Shown: one piece after another, positions 1 to 13,160 of the stretch | Numbering within the stretch: the stretch's first letter is position 1 | How the letters are laid out: each line of letters begins with the position of its first letter | NCBI GenBank assembly: GCA_951406725.2 | Contig: OX597833.1 | Location: 62,124,001 to 62,188,000 of the forward strand | Reading direction: 5' to 3' | DNA length: 64,000 nucleotides | DNA from: Octopus vulgaris | Lineage: Eukaryota | Translations under genes and position numbers: made by a program | Notes under the pieces: generated by a model | Databases searched by the model: none | What the model was told of the DNA's origin: nothing | What the model saw: the letters and a program-made list of their open reading frames with translations, nothing else

Positions 1-958
<958 letters not shown>

Positions 959-1446
959 TGAGCGAGCATTAGTGTGTACGTCTGTCGGCAAGGTATGCAA
1001 GCTCGCTTTCTCAAGAAACTTCCTCCTTCGTTACTACAATACTTTTTACCTGTGCGTGTAGGTGTGTACCTGTCTCACTGTGTAGGAGTGTCTGCTTGTG
1101 TGTGTGTGTGCATATATATATATATATATGTGTGTGTGTGTCTGTGTGTGTCTGTGTGTGTCTGTGTGTCTGTGTGTATCAATGCTAGTTATGTAACGAC
1201 TAAAATGCCATTGTTACAATGTCATACAATGTCGCAGCAGCTTGCGTAGAACAGTTTTATTTCATTTCACATTTCACAATGACTATATTAGGAAGAATTT
1301 ACTAAGTGACTAATCGTCGTTATGCATCTCCGTATATATGTATGCGTGTGCGTGTGTATAAATATTTGTATGTGTACACATGTATGCATAGATGTGTTTA
1401 TGTATATATATATATATAATATGTGTGTGTATGTATATATATATAA

Positions 1447-1703
1447 AATAAATAAATGCGCCCTTTTAAAGCCTAGCCAAGCTCATGGGCCTGGTTTCCC
1501 GGTTTCAGTGGCGTATGTGTTCCCCAGCTGGACGGGACGCCAGTCCATCGCAGCGTTACTCATTTTTGCCAGCTGAGTGGACTGGAGCAATGTGAAAATA
1601 AAGTGTTTTGCTCAAGAACACAACGCGTCGCCCGGTCCGGGAATCGAAACCACAATCTTACGATCATGATGCTGACACCCTAACCACTAAGCCACATGCC
1701 TCC
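1447..1703 (-). mobile_element. tRNA-derived SINE, octopus OK-like
   Basis: Minus strand starts GGAGGCATGTGGCTTAGTGGTTAG (A box) and has a B-box-like TTTCGATTCC and a CORE-like TTCTTGAGCAAAACACT segment. The 3' tail is shared with the copies at 20611-20986. Confidence 0.85.
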
Positions 1704-1806
1704 ACACACACACATATAGATGTGAAAATAGGAGATTGGAAATATCCTGGCACTATTTATTCACAATTACATTTCATTTGCTAATAGTAGTCACATCTGT
1801 ACATGT

Positions 1807-2104
1807 GGAGGCACATGGCCTAGTGGTTAGAGCAGCAGATTCGCAGTCGAGGGATCGCGGGTTCGATTTCCAGACCGGGCGATGTGTGTGTTTTTGAGCA
1901 AAACACCTACCCTCCACGCGGCTCCAGCAGAAGGTAATGGCAAACTTCTGCTGACTCTTTCGCCACAACTTTCTCTCACTCTTTCCTCCTGCATCTTGCA
2001 GCTCACCTGCAACAGACCGGCGTCCTGTCCAGGTGGGGAACCTATACGCCAAGGAAACCGGGAAACCGGCCCTTATGAGCCAGGCATGGCTCGAGAAGGA
2101 ACAA
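1807..2104 (+). mobile_element. tRNA-derived SINE, OR1-like, full length with 14-bp TSD
   Basis: A box TGGCCTAGTGG and B box GGTTCGATTTC. TSD ACATCTGTACATGT at 1793-1806 and 2105-2118. Other copies at 32305 and 41488. Confidence 0.9.
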
Positions 2105-2446
2105 ACATCTGTACATGTAGTAGAAAACATAGTTTCGTAGTTCCTATTAGGAAATGAAACATGTGTAATGGGGAACAGATAATATCAAAAGTTTCCCAAT
2201 TTCCTGTTTTGATATTATTATTCTACAGAAAATATTTTCCAGTATTTTCAATTCTTATGCAAACCTCACATGGATATAACATTTACATATGGACAAGGAA
2301 TACTGAATTAAGCAGATATGCTTCAAGAGGTCACAACTTGGATTTTCACCCTATCCTTATACATAGGAATGTGCATGTGTATGTGAGTGTGTGTATATGT
2401 GCATGTGTGTATGTGTGTGTGTGTGTATGTATATATATATATGTGT

Positions 2447-2552
2447 GTGTGTGGTAAGTAGCTTGCTTACCAACCACATGGTTCCGGGTTCAGTCTCACT
2501 GTGTGTCACCTTGGGCAAGTGTCTTCTACTATAGCCTCAGGCTGACCAAAGT
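2447..2552 (+). mobile_element. SINE family A, 5' head fragment
   Basis: GTGTGGTAAGTAGCTTGCTTACCAACCACATGGTTCCGGGTTCAGTC matches the head of the full copies. Confidence 0.8.
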
Positions 2553-2737
2553 ATTGAAGTCCGATCTCAAGATACTGAGTCCTGTGGATAAGGGTTGGTG
2601 ACAGGCTACTCCATTTGTCTCAGTAAACTCCATTTGATCCATCCTGGTATGGAAAAGTCAGCATTAAAAGGACTATGACATATACACATATATAAACACA
2701 CACACACACACATACACACACATACAGACATACATAC

Positions 2738-3290
2738 ATGGTGGCTGCCCCCTCGTTATCAAGTATGACCATTGCACGAAGCTTAATCAATGTTGTTATC
2801 GTGCAATGCCTGTGCAAGAAGATTTTTTTTGAAAGTGAGGAAAGGCTGTGCACTGAGTCAATCCCACTCACTAAGCAACAGCAGCCACAATCCGAAAAGA
2901 AGAACAAGTCAACATCATCGGTAACCACTGAGCCGCAGGTTTTATGTCGGAGTTATCCCAGTTACCTGAGCTACCTTCTTCTAGATGGATGCCCTAACAA
3001 AGGCTAGGAGTCCTTCACTCCCAATGGTTTAACCACGCGATCGGGTATTCAGTCCGATTATTTCTATGTCCCCACACATGATACAGCCTTAAGACATTTA
3101 TTGGATGGCCGTTGACTCTCAAGAGTTCCTTCGCCCTTTGACGGGTTTTGTTTTTCATCCCGCAGTGTGTCCAATAAACACCCTCCTCACCAAGCAAACT
3201 TGGTGGGGTTGCCAGTTTAGTCGCCAACGACCTGACCATGCAACAGGTTGTACTGGGTTACATGTTACCAGTAGCACTCGAAAGTGACCT
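2738..3290. mobile_element. Probable non-coding retroelement or interspersed repeat, unclassified
   Basis: Higher-GC complex block flanked on both sides by (CATA)n. No recognisable protein. Single copy in this window. Confidence 0.3.
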
Positions 3291-3844
3291 GACATACATA
3301 AATACATACATACATACACACATAAGCTAATTTGAAGACTACAGATCCAATCCATCACTGGAACTGTCAAAAATCTGTGCCTTGGATTTAGGTTAGACAC
3401 TGGTCCTTTCTCTTTTGGCAAGAAATCTTGAAATAAACTGAATGACACACACAAACCCTGTGCTTTCAAACAAGTATTTCAACTCAGTCAACCTTGTTTC
3501 TGTTCTTCAGTGCATGGTTTCAATTTGAGAGCAGACTTCCAACTTCTCATCAATAATTTGTGTTGAAACATTCTCATTGTCCTCTGTTCAAAGCAGGAAT
3601 TCAAATGTTTGGATTTCAAATGTTCCATATTTCAAATGTTCCAAATTTGATATTCAAACCACGACAGATGGACAACTGAATTCTCAAAATGCCAACTTTA
3701 ACCTCAGAAAACTCAAATTCAATTCATTCAGGGTATGTGTTTATACAATAACTTATGTGTACTGAAGCAAAATTTAATTGTGGTGGTAGCGGTGGTGGTG
3801 GTGGTGGAAAGTAGCGTTTACAAGTTTGGTGTTTGAAAAGAATG

Positions 3845-4077
3845 TTAAGAAGTTTGCTTACCAACCACATGGTTCCGGGTTCAGTCCCACTACATGGCAC
3901 CTTGGGCAAGTGTCTTCTACTATAACCTCGGATTTACCAAAGGCTTGTGAGTGGATTTGGTAGATGGAAACTGAAAGAAGCCTGTATATGTGCGTGTTTG
4001 TGTTTGTGCCCCACCGTTGCTTGACATCCAATGATGGTTTGCTTACATCCCTGTAACTTAGTGCTTTGGCAAAAGAC
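3845..4077 (+). mobile_element. SINE family A, diverged partial copy
   Basis: Matches the family A head and body. Confidence 0.75.
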
Positions 4078-4084
4078 ATTTGTA

Positions 4085-4492
4085 AGGTGGTGAGCTGGCA
4101 GAAACATTAGCACACCAGGCAAAATGCTTTTGTCTGCTGCTATGTTCTGAGTTCAAATTCTACCGAGGTCGACTTTGCCTTTCATCCTTTCGGGGTCGAT
4201 TAAATAAGTACCAGTTACACACTCGGGTCGATATAATCGACTTAATCCGTTTGTCTGTCCTTGTTTGTCCCTTCTGTGTTTAGCCCTATGTGGGTAGTAA
4301 AGAAATAGGTATTTCGTCTGTCTTTACGTTCTGAGTTCAAATTCTGCCGAGGTCGACTTTGCCTTTCATCTTTTCGGGATCGATTAAGTAAGTACCAGTT
4401 ATGCACTGGGGTCGATATAATCGACTTAATTCGTTTGTCTGTCCTTGTTTGTCCTCTCTGTGTTTAGCCCCTTTTGGGTAGTAAAGAAATAG
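4085..4492 (+). mobile_element. SINE family C, head plus dimer of ~183-bp units
   Basis: GGTGAGCTGGCAGAA head and B-box-like GAGTTCAAATTC. Core GTCGACTTTGCCTTTCATCCTTTCGGGGTCGAT..AAGTACCAG occurs twice. Unit junction AAAGAAATAG|GTATTTCGTC. Confidence 0.88.
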
Positions 4493-4690
4493 GTCTACAG
4501 GATTAAAACTGACTCGAGGCTAATCAATAATGAGGGGCATTTTAGATAACGAGGGACATTTTAGCCCCTTGTGGGTAGTAAAGAAATAAATATTGAAGGC
4601 GGAATGATTTGATAAGGGCAGCAGAAGTTGGAGATGAACGGAAAAGAATTATTGGAAAAGCCAGTCAAATTCTAATAGGTAGCAGTTGCA

Positions 4691-4727
<37 letters not shown>

Positions 4728-5357
4728 GTGCTACCAAAGTGAGGAATTAATACTGGTTAAAATAAAATTCCTTCAAAACAATATTGTTACAGTAAATAAG
4801 ACAATGAGCAAGAGGTTAACAGTAACTGTTCATGAAAGGTTTTAGTTCACACCTCAAAAGCAACTGTTTATGTGTGTGTCCGTGTGTCCGTGTGTGTGTG
4901 TGTGTCTTAGTTGCTTCAGTATGTGTACATATGTGTGTTTGTGCATGTGCGTGTTTTATTTGTGTCGGTATGTGTGTATATGTTGTCTGTTTAAGTATGT
5001 GTGTGTGTGTGTGAATACAAACAGTGTCTATATACTGGCGGTGTCTTACCAATAAAAACAATAAGTTCCATTCTTCACACAGAATCAGCAAAGTGAAGTT
5101 TACCCCTATGTATATGTCTATGTATACGTCTGTGTTTGTGTCTCACTGTAATGGTGGCTACTAAATACAGCTGTGTGTGTGTGTGAGAGAGTGAGGGAGA
5201 GAGAGAGAGAGGGAGAGAGAGAGAGTTTCACTCATGTGGTGGCTACTAAATACGACTATGAGTGTGAGTGTTACTCTAAGGCGGTTTATTAAATGCAACT
5301 GTGTGAGTCTTGTATTGTGGTTGACTAAATACAACTCTGTGTGTGTGTGTGTGATTG

Positions 5358-6253
5358 TACTTACTTACTTACTTGTGGCGACATTCACCCTGGGCGGGTT
5401 GAGTCGGCTTCTTGTACTCATGGAAGAAGTTTCGTGGGAATACTTGGATTTCACAAGCGGTCCCCAACAATCCCGCATGTAGAGACAGCCTGTTTGCCGC
5501 AGATTGTCCGCAGACACAGGGACAGAACGACCGAGGAGCCGCCGGTTGCCGAAGCAGACACGCTGAGGATTTTCACCAGAGCCCCATCTGCCAGGTTGTG
5601 GCCCTAATACCACTCGGTGTCAGACCAATCCGCCTTGGGTGGCCCTACCAGGAACCGAAGTTCCCTACGACATAGCTCTGACACTACCCGTTGCCAGCGT
5701 CCCCACCACGGTGAGGAGGGGATGGACTTTGGGAACGCAAACAGACACTCCGAGGATTTTCACCAGAGCCCCGTCTGCCAGGTTGTGGCCCTAATACCAC
5801 TCGGTGTCAGACCAATCCGCCTTGGGTGGCCCTACCAGGAACCGAAGTTCCCTACGACATAGCTCTGACACTACCCGTTGCCAGCGTCCCCACCACGGTG
5901 AGGAGGGGATGGACTTTGGGAACGCAAACAGACACTCCGAGGATTTTCACCAGAGCCCCGTCTGCCAGGTTGTGGCCCTAATACCACTCGGTATCAGACC
6001 AATCCGCCTTGGGTGGCCCTACCAGGAACCGAAGTTCCCGACGGCATAGCTCTGACACTACCCGTTGCCAACGTTACCACCACAGTGAGGAGGGGATGGA
6101 CTTTGGGGACGCAAACAGACATTCTGAGGATTTTCACCAGAGCCCCGTCTGCCGGGTTGTGGCCCTTAATACCACTCGGTGTCAGACCAATCTGCCTTGG
6201 GTGGCCCTACCAGGAACCAAAGTTCCCGATGGCATAGCTCTGACACTATCCGT
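5358..6253 (-). mobile_element. Non-autonomous RTE-derived retrocopy: 3.7 x 187-bp 5'-UTR monomers + 200-bp 3' tail + (TAAG)n
   Basis: Unit starts at 5565, 5752, 5939 and 6126 (period 187). Minus-strand unit contains GAGCTATGCCGTC..GGTAGGGCCACCCAAGGCGG, recalled as the BovB/RTE 5'-UTR motif. (TAAG)n tail at 5358-5375. Putative TSD TGTGATTG at 5350-5357 and 6254-6261. Confidence 0.75.
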
Positions 6254-6476
6254 TGTGATTGCGTTAGTGTCTCACTAAATTCGGAGGGTACTGCTCAAGC
6301 TAGAGTCTGGTTTATTTTAGACTGGCATTCCGGATGTGACCATCAGTTGTGGTAGTAAATATGTTGCAGTATAGTGGTGAGGTGGTATCATGGCATAACA
6401 CCCTGATGGCATAATGGTATTGTGAAGTGTTAATATCGTAACATAGTAGTAAGTAGCAATCTGTCAACCATTACCA

Positions 6477-6592
6477 CATCATCATCATCATTGTTTAACA
6501 TCCACTTCCTATGCTAGCATGGGTTGGACGATTTCGACTGAGGTCTAGTGAACCAGATGGCTGCACCAAGCTCCAATCTTGATTTGGCAGAG
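6477..6592 (-). mobile_element. SINE-like family B, 3' fragment
   Basis: (GAT)n tail and CCAACCCATGCTAGCATAGGAAGTGGATGTTAAAC on the minus strand. Confidence 0.75.
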
Positions 6593-7113
6593 TGGGTTCA
6601 TTCCCATTGCTTGGCACCTTGAGCTAGTGTCTTCTACTATAGTCTTGGGCCGACCAAAGCCTTGTGAGTGGATTTGGTAGACGGAAACTGAAAGAAGCCC
6701 ATCGTATATATGTGTATGTGTATATATATAGGGAGAGTTTACGAAAAAAACAAAAGATGAAGACAGGTGGTGTACAAAACAAACAGATGTATTAGTATAA
6801 CGCTCAGGAATAGATAAAGTCTTTTACGTTTCGAGCCTATGCTCTTCTACAGAAAGGGTCACAGAAAAAACAAGGAGAGAAAAAAAATGTGTGTTGTGGC
6901 TAACGATCTATTGTGTCTGTGTTTGTCCCCCCAACATCGCTTGATGACCGATGGTGGTGTGTTTACGTCCCCGTAACTTAGCGGTTTGGCAAAAGAGAAA
7001 CCGATAGAATAAGTACGAGGCTTACAAAGAATAAGTCCTGGGGGTCGATTTGCTCGACTAAAGGTGGTGCTCCAGCATGGCCGCAGTCAAATGACTGAAA
7101 CAAGTAAAAGAGA
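6593..7113 (+). mobile_element. SINE family A, 5'-truncated, interrupted by a hammerhead mini-element
   Basis: Family A body at 6593-6730 and 6911-7113. The insert lies in the SINE's internal (TA)n. Confidence 0.85.
6731..6910 (-). mobile_element. TA-associated hammerhead-bearing mini-element (Penelope/retrozyme-like), subfamily 1
   Basis: Minus strand 6856-6821 reads CUUU CUGUAGA A GAGC AUAG GCUC GAAAC GU A AAAG. Homologous to 8157, 8600 and 54218. Confidence 0.7.
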
Positions 7114-7224
7114 GATGGAATGGTAAAATAGGAAACAGAAAAACTTAAAATGGGGAAGCTGGCATTGCTTTCTCAATGCATATGTGTCTTGTGTCTATAT
7201 ATATATATGTGTGTATATATCTCT

Positions 7225-7641
7225 CTCTTTCTCTCTTTTACTTGTTTCAGTCATTTGACTGCGGCCATGCTGGAGCACCGCCTTTAGTCGAGCAAATCGA
7301 TCCCGGGACTTATTCTTTGTAAGCCCAGTGCTTATTCTATCGGTCTCTTTTTGCCGAACCGCTAAGTTACGGGGACGTAAACACACCAGCATCTGTTGTC
7401 AAGCAATGTTGGGGGGACAAACATAGACACACAAACACATACACACATACATATATATATATATGTATACATATATACGACAGGCTTCTTTCAGTTTCCG
7501 TCTACCAAATCCACTCACAAGTCTTTGGTCGGCCCGAGGCTATGGCAGAAGACACTTGCCCAAGATGCCACGCAGTGAGACTGAACCCGGAACCATGTGG
7601 TCGGTAAGCAAGCTACTTACCACACAGCCACTCCTGCGCCT
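7225..7641 (-). mobile_element. SINE family A, full length
   Basis: Head GGCGCAGGAGTGGCTGTGTGGTAAG, CORE-like TCTTGGGCAAGTGTCTT, internal (TA/TG)n, tail GACTGAAACAAGTAAAAGAG. Confidence 0.92.
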
Positions 7642-8156
7642 ATATATGTCTGTTTTTCTTCTTTTTTTTTTTTGCTTTGGTGCATGTATTATTTTCTGTT
7701 GTTAATCTCCCATTGATGGACAAAAACTTCTCTCCTGTGATGATATAACGAGTAGAATTCTTCTGTTTTATGGGTTCCTGGACCTAAAAACATACTGGAA
7801 CGCATTTCGGTCAAATGAACATTTAAGAGTACATTAGTTGAAACGGTTTATTGCCACAATATTCTGCTTTCACTAAAATTGTGGAACAGCACAAATATAC
7901 AAAATATCTTTCATCTCTATCATTATAAAGGCAGAGTAGTTCTGATTGTGAATATCAATAATTTGGCTGAGGGGAAAATATCTCAGGGGAGCGCATTCTT
8001 CATGCTCAATAGAAATACAGTAGTGTTTCGTATATGTATAATATTATTGAGTTAAAGTAATTAGATTAACTTAGATTAGCCAAGTAATTTCACCAAAGTA
8101 ACTCTCCTTTCTTCCCATAAATAAATAAATAAATAAATACATATATATATATTTGA

Positions 8157-8384
8157 CCTCTGGCCGAAATCAGATCGCCATGTTGATTCGTTAGCTACTG
8201 CACGCATTTTTTTCCTCTCCTTCTTTCTGTGTTTTTCTCTCTCTGTGTATCTTTCTGTTGAAGAGCGTAGGCTCGAAACGTTAAAGACTTGTTTTATTTA
8301 TATTTCCTGAGCGCCATACTAATACAATTGTTCGTTTGTTTTCCACCTGCCTTCGTCTTTTGTTTATTTTCATAAAGCTTCCCG

Positions 8385-8386
<2 letters not shown>
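8157..8386 (+). mobile_element. TA-associated hammerhead-bearing mini-element, subfamily 2
   Basis: 8250-8287 reads UCUUU CUGUUGA A GAGC GUAG GCUC GAAAC GU U AAAGA. (TA)n on both sides. Confidence 0.72.
8250..8287 (+). ncRNA. Minimal type I hammerhead ribozyme (A6U variant, palindromic stem III)
   Basis: Stem I UCUUU/AAAGA, core CUGuUGA, stem II GAGC/GCUC, GAAA, stem III AC/GU with no loop, cleavage triplet GUU. Activity untested. Confidence 0.6.
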
Positions 8387-8436
<50 letters not shown>

Positions 8437-8524
8437 GTGGTTATCATTAGTGTATTTTGGCGATTTAAATAAGAGTTTTGACTGTTATTTCCAGCAGGTA
8501 GACATGCTTAGTATGTCCTTTGAT

Positions 8525-8526
8525 TG

Positions 8527-8581
<55 letters not shown>

Positions 8582-8799
8582 TTATATATGTATATATATA
8601 ATGTAAAAGACTTTTTCTATTCCTGAGCGTTATACTAATACATCTGTTTGTTTTGTACACCACCTGTCTTCGTCTTTTGTTTTTTTCGTAAACTCTCCCT
8701 ATATATATATATATATAATAATAATAGATTATATATAATATAATAATAATAATAATAATAATAATGACAATAATGATAATAATAATGATAATAATAATG

Positions 8800-8846
<47 letters not shown>

Positions 8847-8862
8847 AATGATAATGATAGTA

Positions 8863-8909
<47 letters not shown>

Positions 8910-8945
8910 TAATAATAAATGATAATGATAATGATAATAATAATG

Positions 8946-8998
<53 letters not shown>
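8525..8998. repeat. (AAT/GAT)n microsatellite field
   Basis: Direct. Confidence 0.95.
8600..8700 (+). mobile_element. Hammerhead mini-element, 5'-truncated near the cleavage site
   Basis: Begins AATGTAAAAGACTTT (compare AACGTA^AAAGACTTT). High identity to the reverse complement of 6731-6830. Lies in (TA)n. Confidence 0.75.
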
Positions 8999-9001
<3 letters not shown>

Positions 9002-9364
9002 CCCTGGCTGGCTTGTAAAAAGAACCAGACTGAAACATAGTGAAAATTATAAGGGTACAGAATTTCTTTTCCGAAACCTGAAAGTGTTTTCATGGAGATT
9101 GGTACACCAAAGCTTAGAGATATAAAGTACATTAGTAATTTTATAGACCATCTTTATCTCACTTCTTTTACCAGTTTATTACAACATAAATAAAACTATA
9201 TCATTATTTAAAGCCTTTATTATTTATCCCACTCAGGGTGAATAATATTCATAACACAAATGAACATTATTGTGCAATACTTTCACTTGGCTGTGTTTGT
9301 ACATGTTTGCTACATGTTTGCTACATGTTTGGTATGTAGGTGTCATGTTTAATGTATCTTTATA

Positions 9365-9604
9365 TTATCTTTTACTCTTTTACTCTTTTACTTGTTTCAG
9401 TCGTTTGACTGTGGCCATGCTGGAGCACCGCCTTTTAGTCGAGCAAATCGACCCCCCAGGACTTATTCTTTGGAAGCCTAGTACTTATTCTATCGGTCTC
9501 TTTTGCTGAACCGCTAAGTTATGGGGATGTAAACAGACCAGGATCGGTTGTCAAGCGATGTTGGTGGGACAAACACAGACACACAAACATATACACACAC
9601 ATAC

Positions 9605-9677
<73 letters not shown>

Positions 9678-9847
9678 TATATATGATGGGCTTCTTTCAG
9701 TTTCTGTCTACCAAATCCACTCACAAGGCTTTGGTCGGCCTGAGGCTAGAGTAGAAGACATTTGACGAAGGTGCCACACAGTGGGACTGAACCTGGAGCC
9801 ATGTGGTTGGTAAGCAAGCTACTTACTACACAGCCACTCCTGCGTCT
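9365..9847 (-). mobile_element. SINE family A, full length
   Basis: Matches the family A consensus, with an expanded internal (TA)n. Confidence 0.92.
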
Positions 9848-10194
9848 ATTGTCTACTCCTTATGCAGAATCTGACCACTTCTTGCACCTACACCTCAGAT
9901 CCATCATGATGTGGATTTTTAAACCAGACAATGTTTTGAAATGTATTGAAAAGACACCCACATAAATTGCATATCCAATTTGGACCCCCAAGAGCTGCAA
10001 TTAAGTTCTGATCTTTGTGGATCTTAAAATGTCTTTTGTGGCTTCCGTTAGATTTGCAGACGTTATGGCATACTCAGCATTGAAGGGTGTGTATAGATAA
10101 TATAGGCAGAATAGTTGGTGGAGGTTCGTTTTTCATGTGTCCACAAATGAGATTTGAGCCCAGCAAAAGAAAGGCATGGCCTGTCACAAACTGT

Positions 10195-10225
10195 GCACAT
10201 ACATGTATACATATTTATACAGCAT

Positions 10226-10314
<89 letters not shown>

Positions 10315-10422
10315 AATATAAATAAAAAGAACAGATTTTTCACATCCATAATTTTATATATACATACATACAAATATATGAATACATACACACATACATA
10401 CATACATACATACATACATACA

Positions 10423-10486
<64 letters not shown>

Positions 10487-10923
10487 CATACATACATACA
10501 TACATACATACGTACGTGTGTGTATGTATTTGAAAAAATCCTACTCTGCTTCTTTTGCGCTTTTTCAGTTTTGTTCCCTCTTCTTCTCTCTTCTCACTCC
10601 CTCTTTCTCTCCCATTCCCCCCTTCTCTTCTCTCGTGTTTCCCCTCTCTGTGTCTTATTACTTCTCTCTTTCTCTTTCCCCCCTCTCTGTCTTTGCTCCA
10701 TTCTCCCTCCCCGGCCCCCCCGCCTCACTCCCCCCACCCCTATAGGCTATCTCCTTACCTTGGTGAAACAGTAAAGGTATTGTTGCAATTAAATTTGAAA
10801 AGAGATAAATACCAAGCCACCTCACCACATACCACCCACCGACCCATGCCCAAGAGTACACACACACACACACACACGCATGCACACACACACGCACACA
10901 CACACACACGCACAACACACACG

Positions 10924-10963
<40 letters not shown>

Positions 10964-11233
10964 CACACACACACACACAACACACACGCACACACACACA
11001 CGCACACACACACACACGCACACACGCACACACACACACACACATTAACAAACATACACACTAACAAACGTATATACGCGTACACACAAACACCAACAAA
11101 CAACACGCACACATACACACGTAACAAACACATACACGCTAACACACACAGAGGCACTAACAAGCGTATACACATGCTGACACATATATATATATACACT
11201 GACAAACACATACATATGCACTGACACTGATGC

Positions 11234-11268
<35 letters not shown>

Positions 11269-11376
11269 CTAACAAACATAGACACACGCACACACACACA
11301 CAAACACACACACACGCCCTAACAAACATAGACAGTAACAAGCACCACTCACACATACTAACAGACATGTGCACAC

Positions 11377-11421
<45 letters not shown>

Positions 11422-11590
11422 CAAGCATACTTACAAACACAGACACTTACAAAAACACACACACACACACACACTAACAAACACAAGTATACACACAGAT
11501 ACATATATACTGGCACTAACACACACACACACACACTAGCAAATACATGCACACGTATTAGCAAAGACATACATACACACAGACACTAGC
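10195..11590. repeat. (TA)n, (TACA)n, CT-rich and degenerate (CA)n field
   Basis: Direct. Confidence 0.9.
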
Positions 11591-11593
11591 AAA

Positions 11594-11955
11594 CTCCTTT
11601 TCAAACTCCACCCGTCTAACACCCGTGGACATATTTACAAAGTCAGAAAACAGCACAGCTCCTTCCATGACATTCGGAAACATTTTTTCATGCTAAGAGT
11701 TGCTGAACAAATTGCCGGCATCAGTTGTTAGTTGTCGGAGCACTGCATCCTTCAAAACTTCCATGCTTCCTGAGAGATTCGCCAACACTCCACCTGATTT
11801 TCTCCCCTTCATACACACACAAGCATGTATCTGACTCATACACTGTTCACTTCCCAGACATTTGTACATTACTGCATATGCTTTATATGCACTTTTGACA
11901 AGTTGTGGTGCACCTGAGCATTCTATACAATAATTTCATTATTATCATTATTATT
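11594..11955 (+). mobile_element. CR1-clade LINE 3' end
   Basis: Translates with frameshifts to ..HPSNTRGHIYKVRKQHS..RKHFFMLRVAE..KLPASVVSCRSTASFK, a typical CR1 ORF2 C-terminus. Followed by a 3' UTR and (ATT)n tail. Confidence 0.8.
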
Positions 11956-11957
11956 AA

Positions 11958-11988
<31 letters not shown>

Positions 11989-12092
11989 AACACATTTATA
12001 AATACTCCACCAGGAAGCATTTACACGGTTGCTTGACCTGCTAGGTAGGACCTGCCACTAAATTTCTCACAAATGGTATCTTTTTGTGTTTG

Positions 12093-12424
12093 AACCTTTA
12101 GCATTTAAACCGGACATATCCAGCCCAAATATGCTTCCTGCTTTATGTTCTAACTGTCCAGATCAAGCCTATCACACCTACCCTTCAATGCCATTATAAA
12201 ATATACAGTCACATCATCAAAATTTCAAGGCTGCAAAATAATGCAGGATTAATTAAAAACAATTTGAATGAAAAAGTGTTGCCTTTGACAGAATAATCTG
12301 AATGCTAAAGGGTTAAACCTTTAGCACGGAAACCAAATATTCCACCTGTTTAATATTCTAGCTTGCCTGATCCATCCTCACACGCTTAGCCTACAATGTC
12401 ATTTGAAAAATGAACAATCACAAC
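12093..12424. mobile_element. TTAA-type (piggyBac-like) MITE plus adjacent partial second copy
   Basis: TIRs CCTTTAGCATT / AATGCTAAAGGG followed by TTAA. The second copy is interrupted by family B. Confidence 0.75.
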
Positions 12425-13160
12425 ATTACCAGCGTCGCACTACTGGCACTCGAGCCCCATGCTAGTAGGGTATTAAGAGCACCATCTGAGCATGATCGTT
12501 GCCAGAGCGGCTTTCTGGCCTCCGTGCCGGTGGCATGTGAAAAACACCATTCGAGCGTGATCGTTACCAGCATCGTCTTACTGTCACCTGCGCCGGTGGC
12601 ATGTGTAAAAGATTCGAGCGAGGTCGTTGCCAGTGCCACCTGACTGGCCCTCATGTCGGTGGCATGTAAAAGCACCCACTACACTCTCGGAGTGGTTGGC
12701 ATTAGGAAGGGCATCCAGCTGTAGGAACTCTGCCAGATCAGATTGGAGCCTGGTGCAGCCATCTGGTTCGCCAGCCCTCAGTCATACGTCCAACCCATGC
12801 TAGCATGGAAAGTGGACGTTAAACGATGATGATGATCATCATCATTGAAATCACAAAAGTAGAGACAATGAACAACATTCAAGTGAGGTCGTTGCCAGTG
12901 CCACTGGGCTGGCTCCTGTGCAGGTGGCACGTAAAAAGCACCAATTGAGCATGGCCGTTGCCAGTACTGCCTGACTGGCACGTAAAAAGCACCCACTACA
13001 CTCTCCGAGTGGTTGGCATTAGGAAGGTCATCCAGCTGTAGAAAGCTTACCAGATCAGATTGGAGCTTGGTGCAGCCATCCGGCTCACCAGTCCCCAATC
13101 AAAACGTCTAACCCATGCCAGCATGGAAAGTGGACGTTAAATGATGATGATGATGATGAT
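12425..13160 (+). mobile_element. Two family B elements (VNTR head + RTE-like tail)
   Basis: Copies at 12425-12838 and 12875-13160. Repeated GTGCCGGTGGCA(C/T)GTAAAAAGCACC-type units, then GGTTGGCATTAGGAAGGGCATCCAGC..GGACGTTAAACGATGATG. Confidence 0.85.

Noticed and set aside
1807-1885. tRNA genes at SINE heads
   Set aside because: A and B boxes are present but the acceptor stems are broken, and each continues into a multicopy SINE body, often with TSDs.
5565-6253. Tandem arrays as CRISPR-like loci (also 17400-17830 and 21660-22500)
   Set aside because: Whole units repeat with no unique spacers, there are no cas genes, and the context is eukaryotic.
7700-7790. Possible minus-strand exon after TTTTTAG
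   Set aside because: No recognisable peptide in any frame and no partner exons.
7732-7975. C/D-box snoRNA (GTGATGA..CTGA with short terminal stem)
   Set aside because: The span of about 240 nt is atypical, no guide sequence was recognised, and such motifs are common by chance.
12630-12680. HDV-like ribozyme in family B units
   Set aside because: P1/P3/L3-like nesting is present, but I found no P2 partner, P1.1 or J4/2 catalytic C. A simple hairpin explains it.
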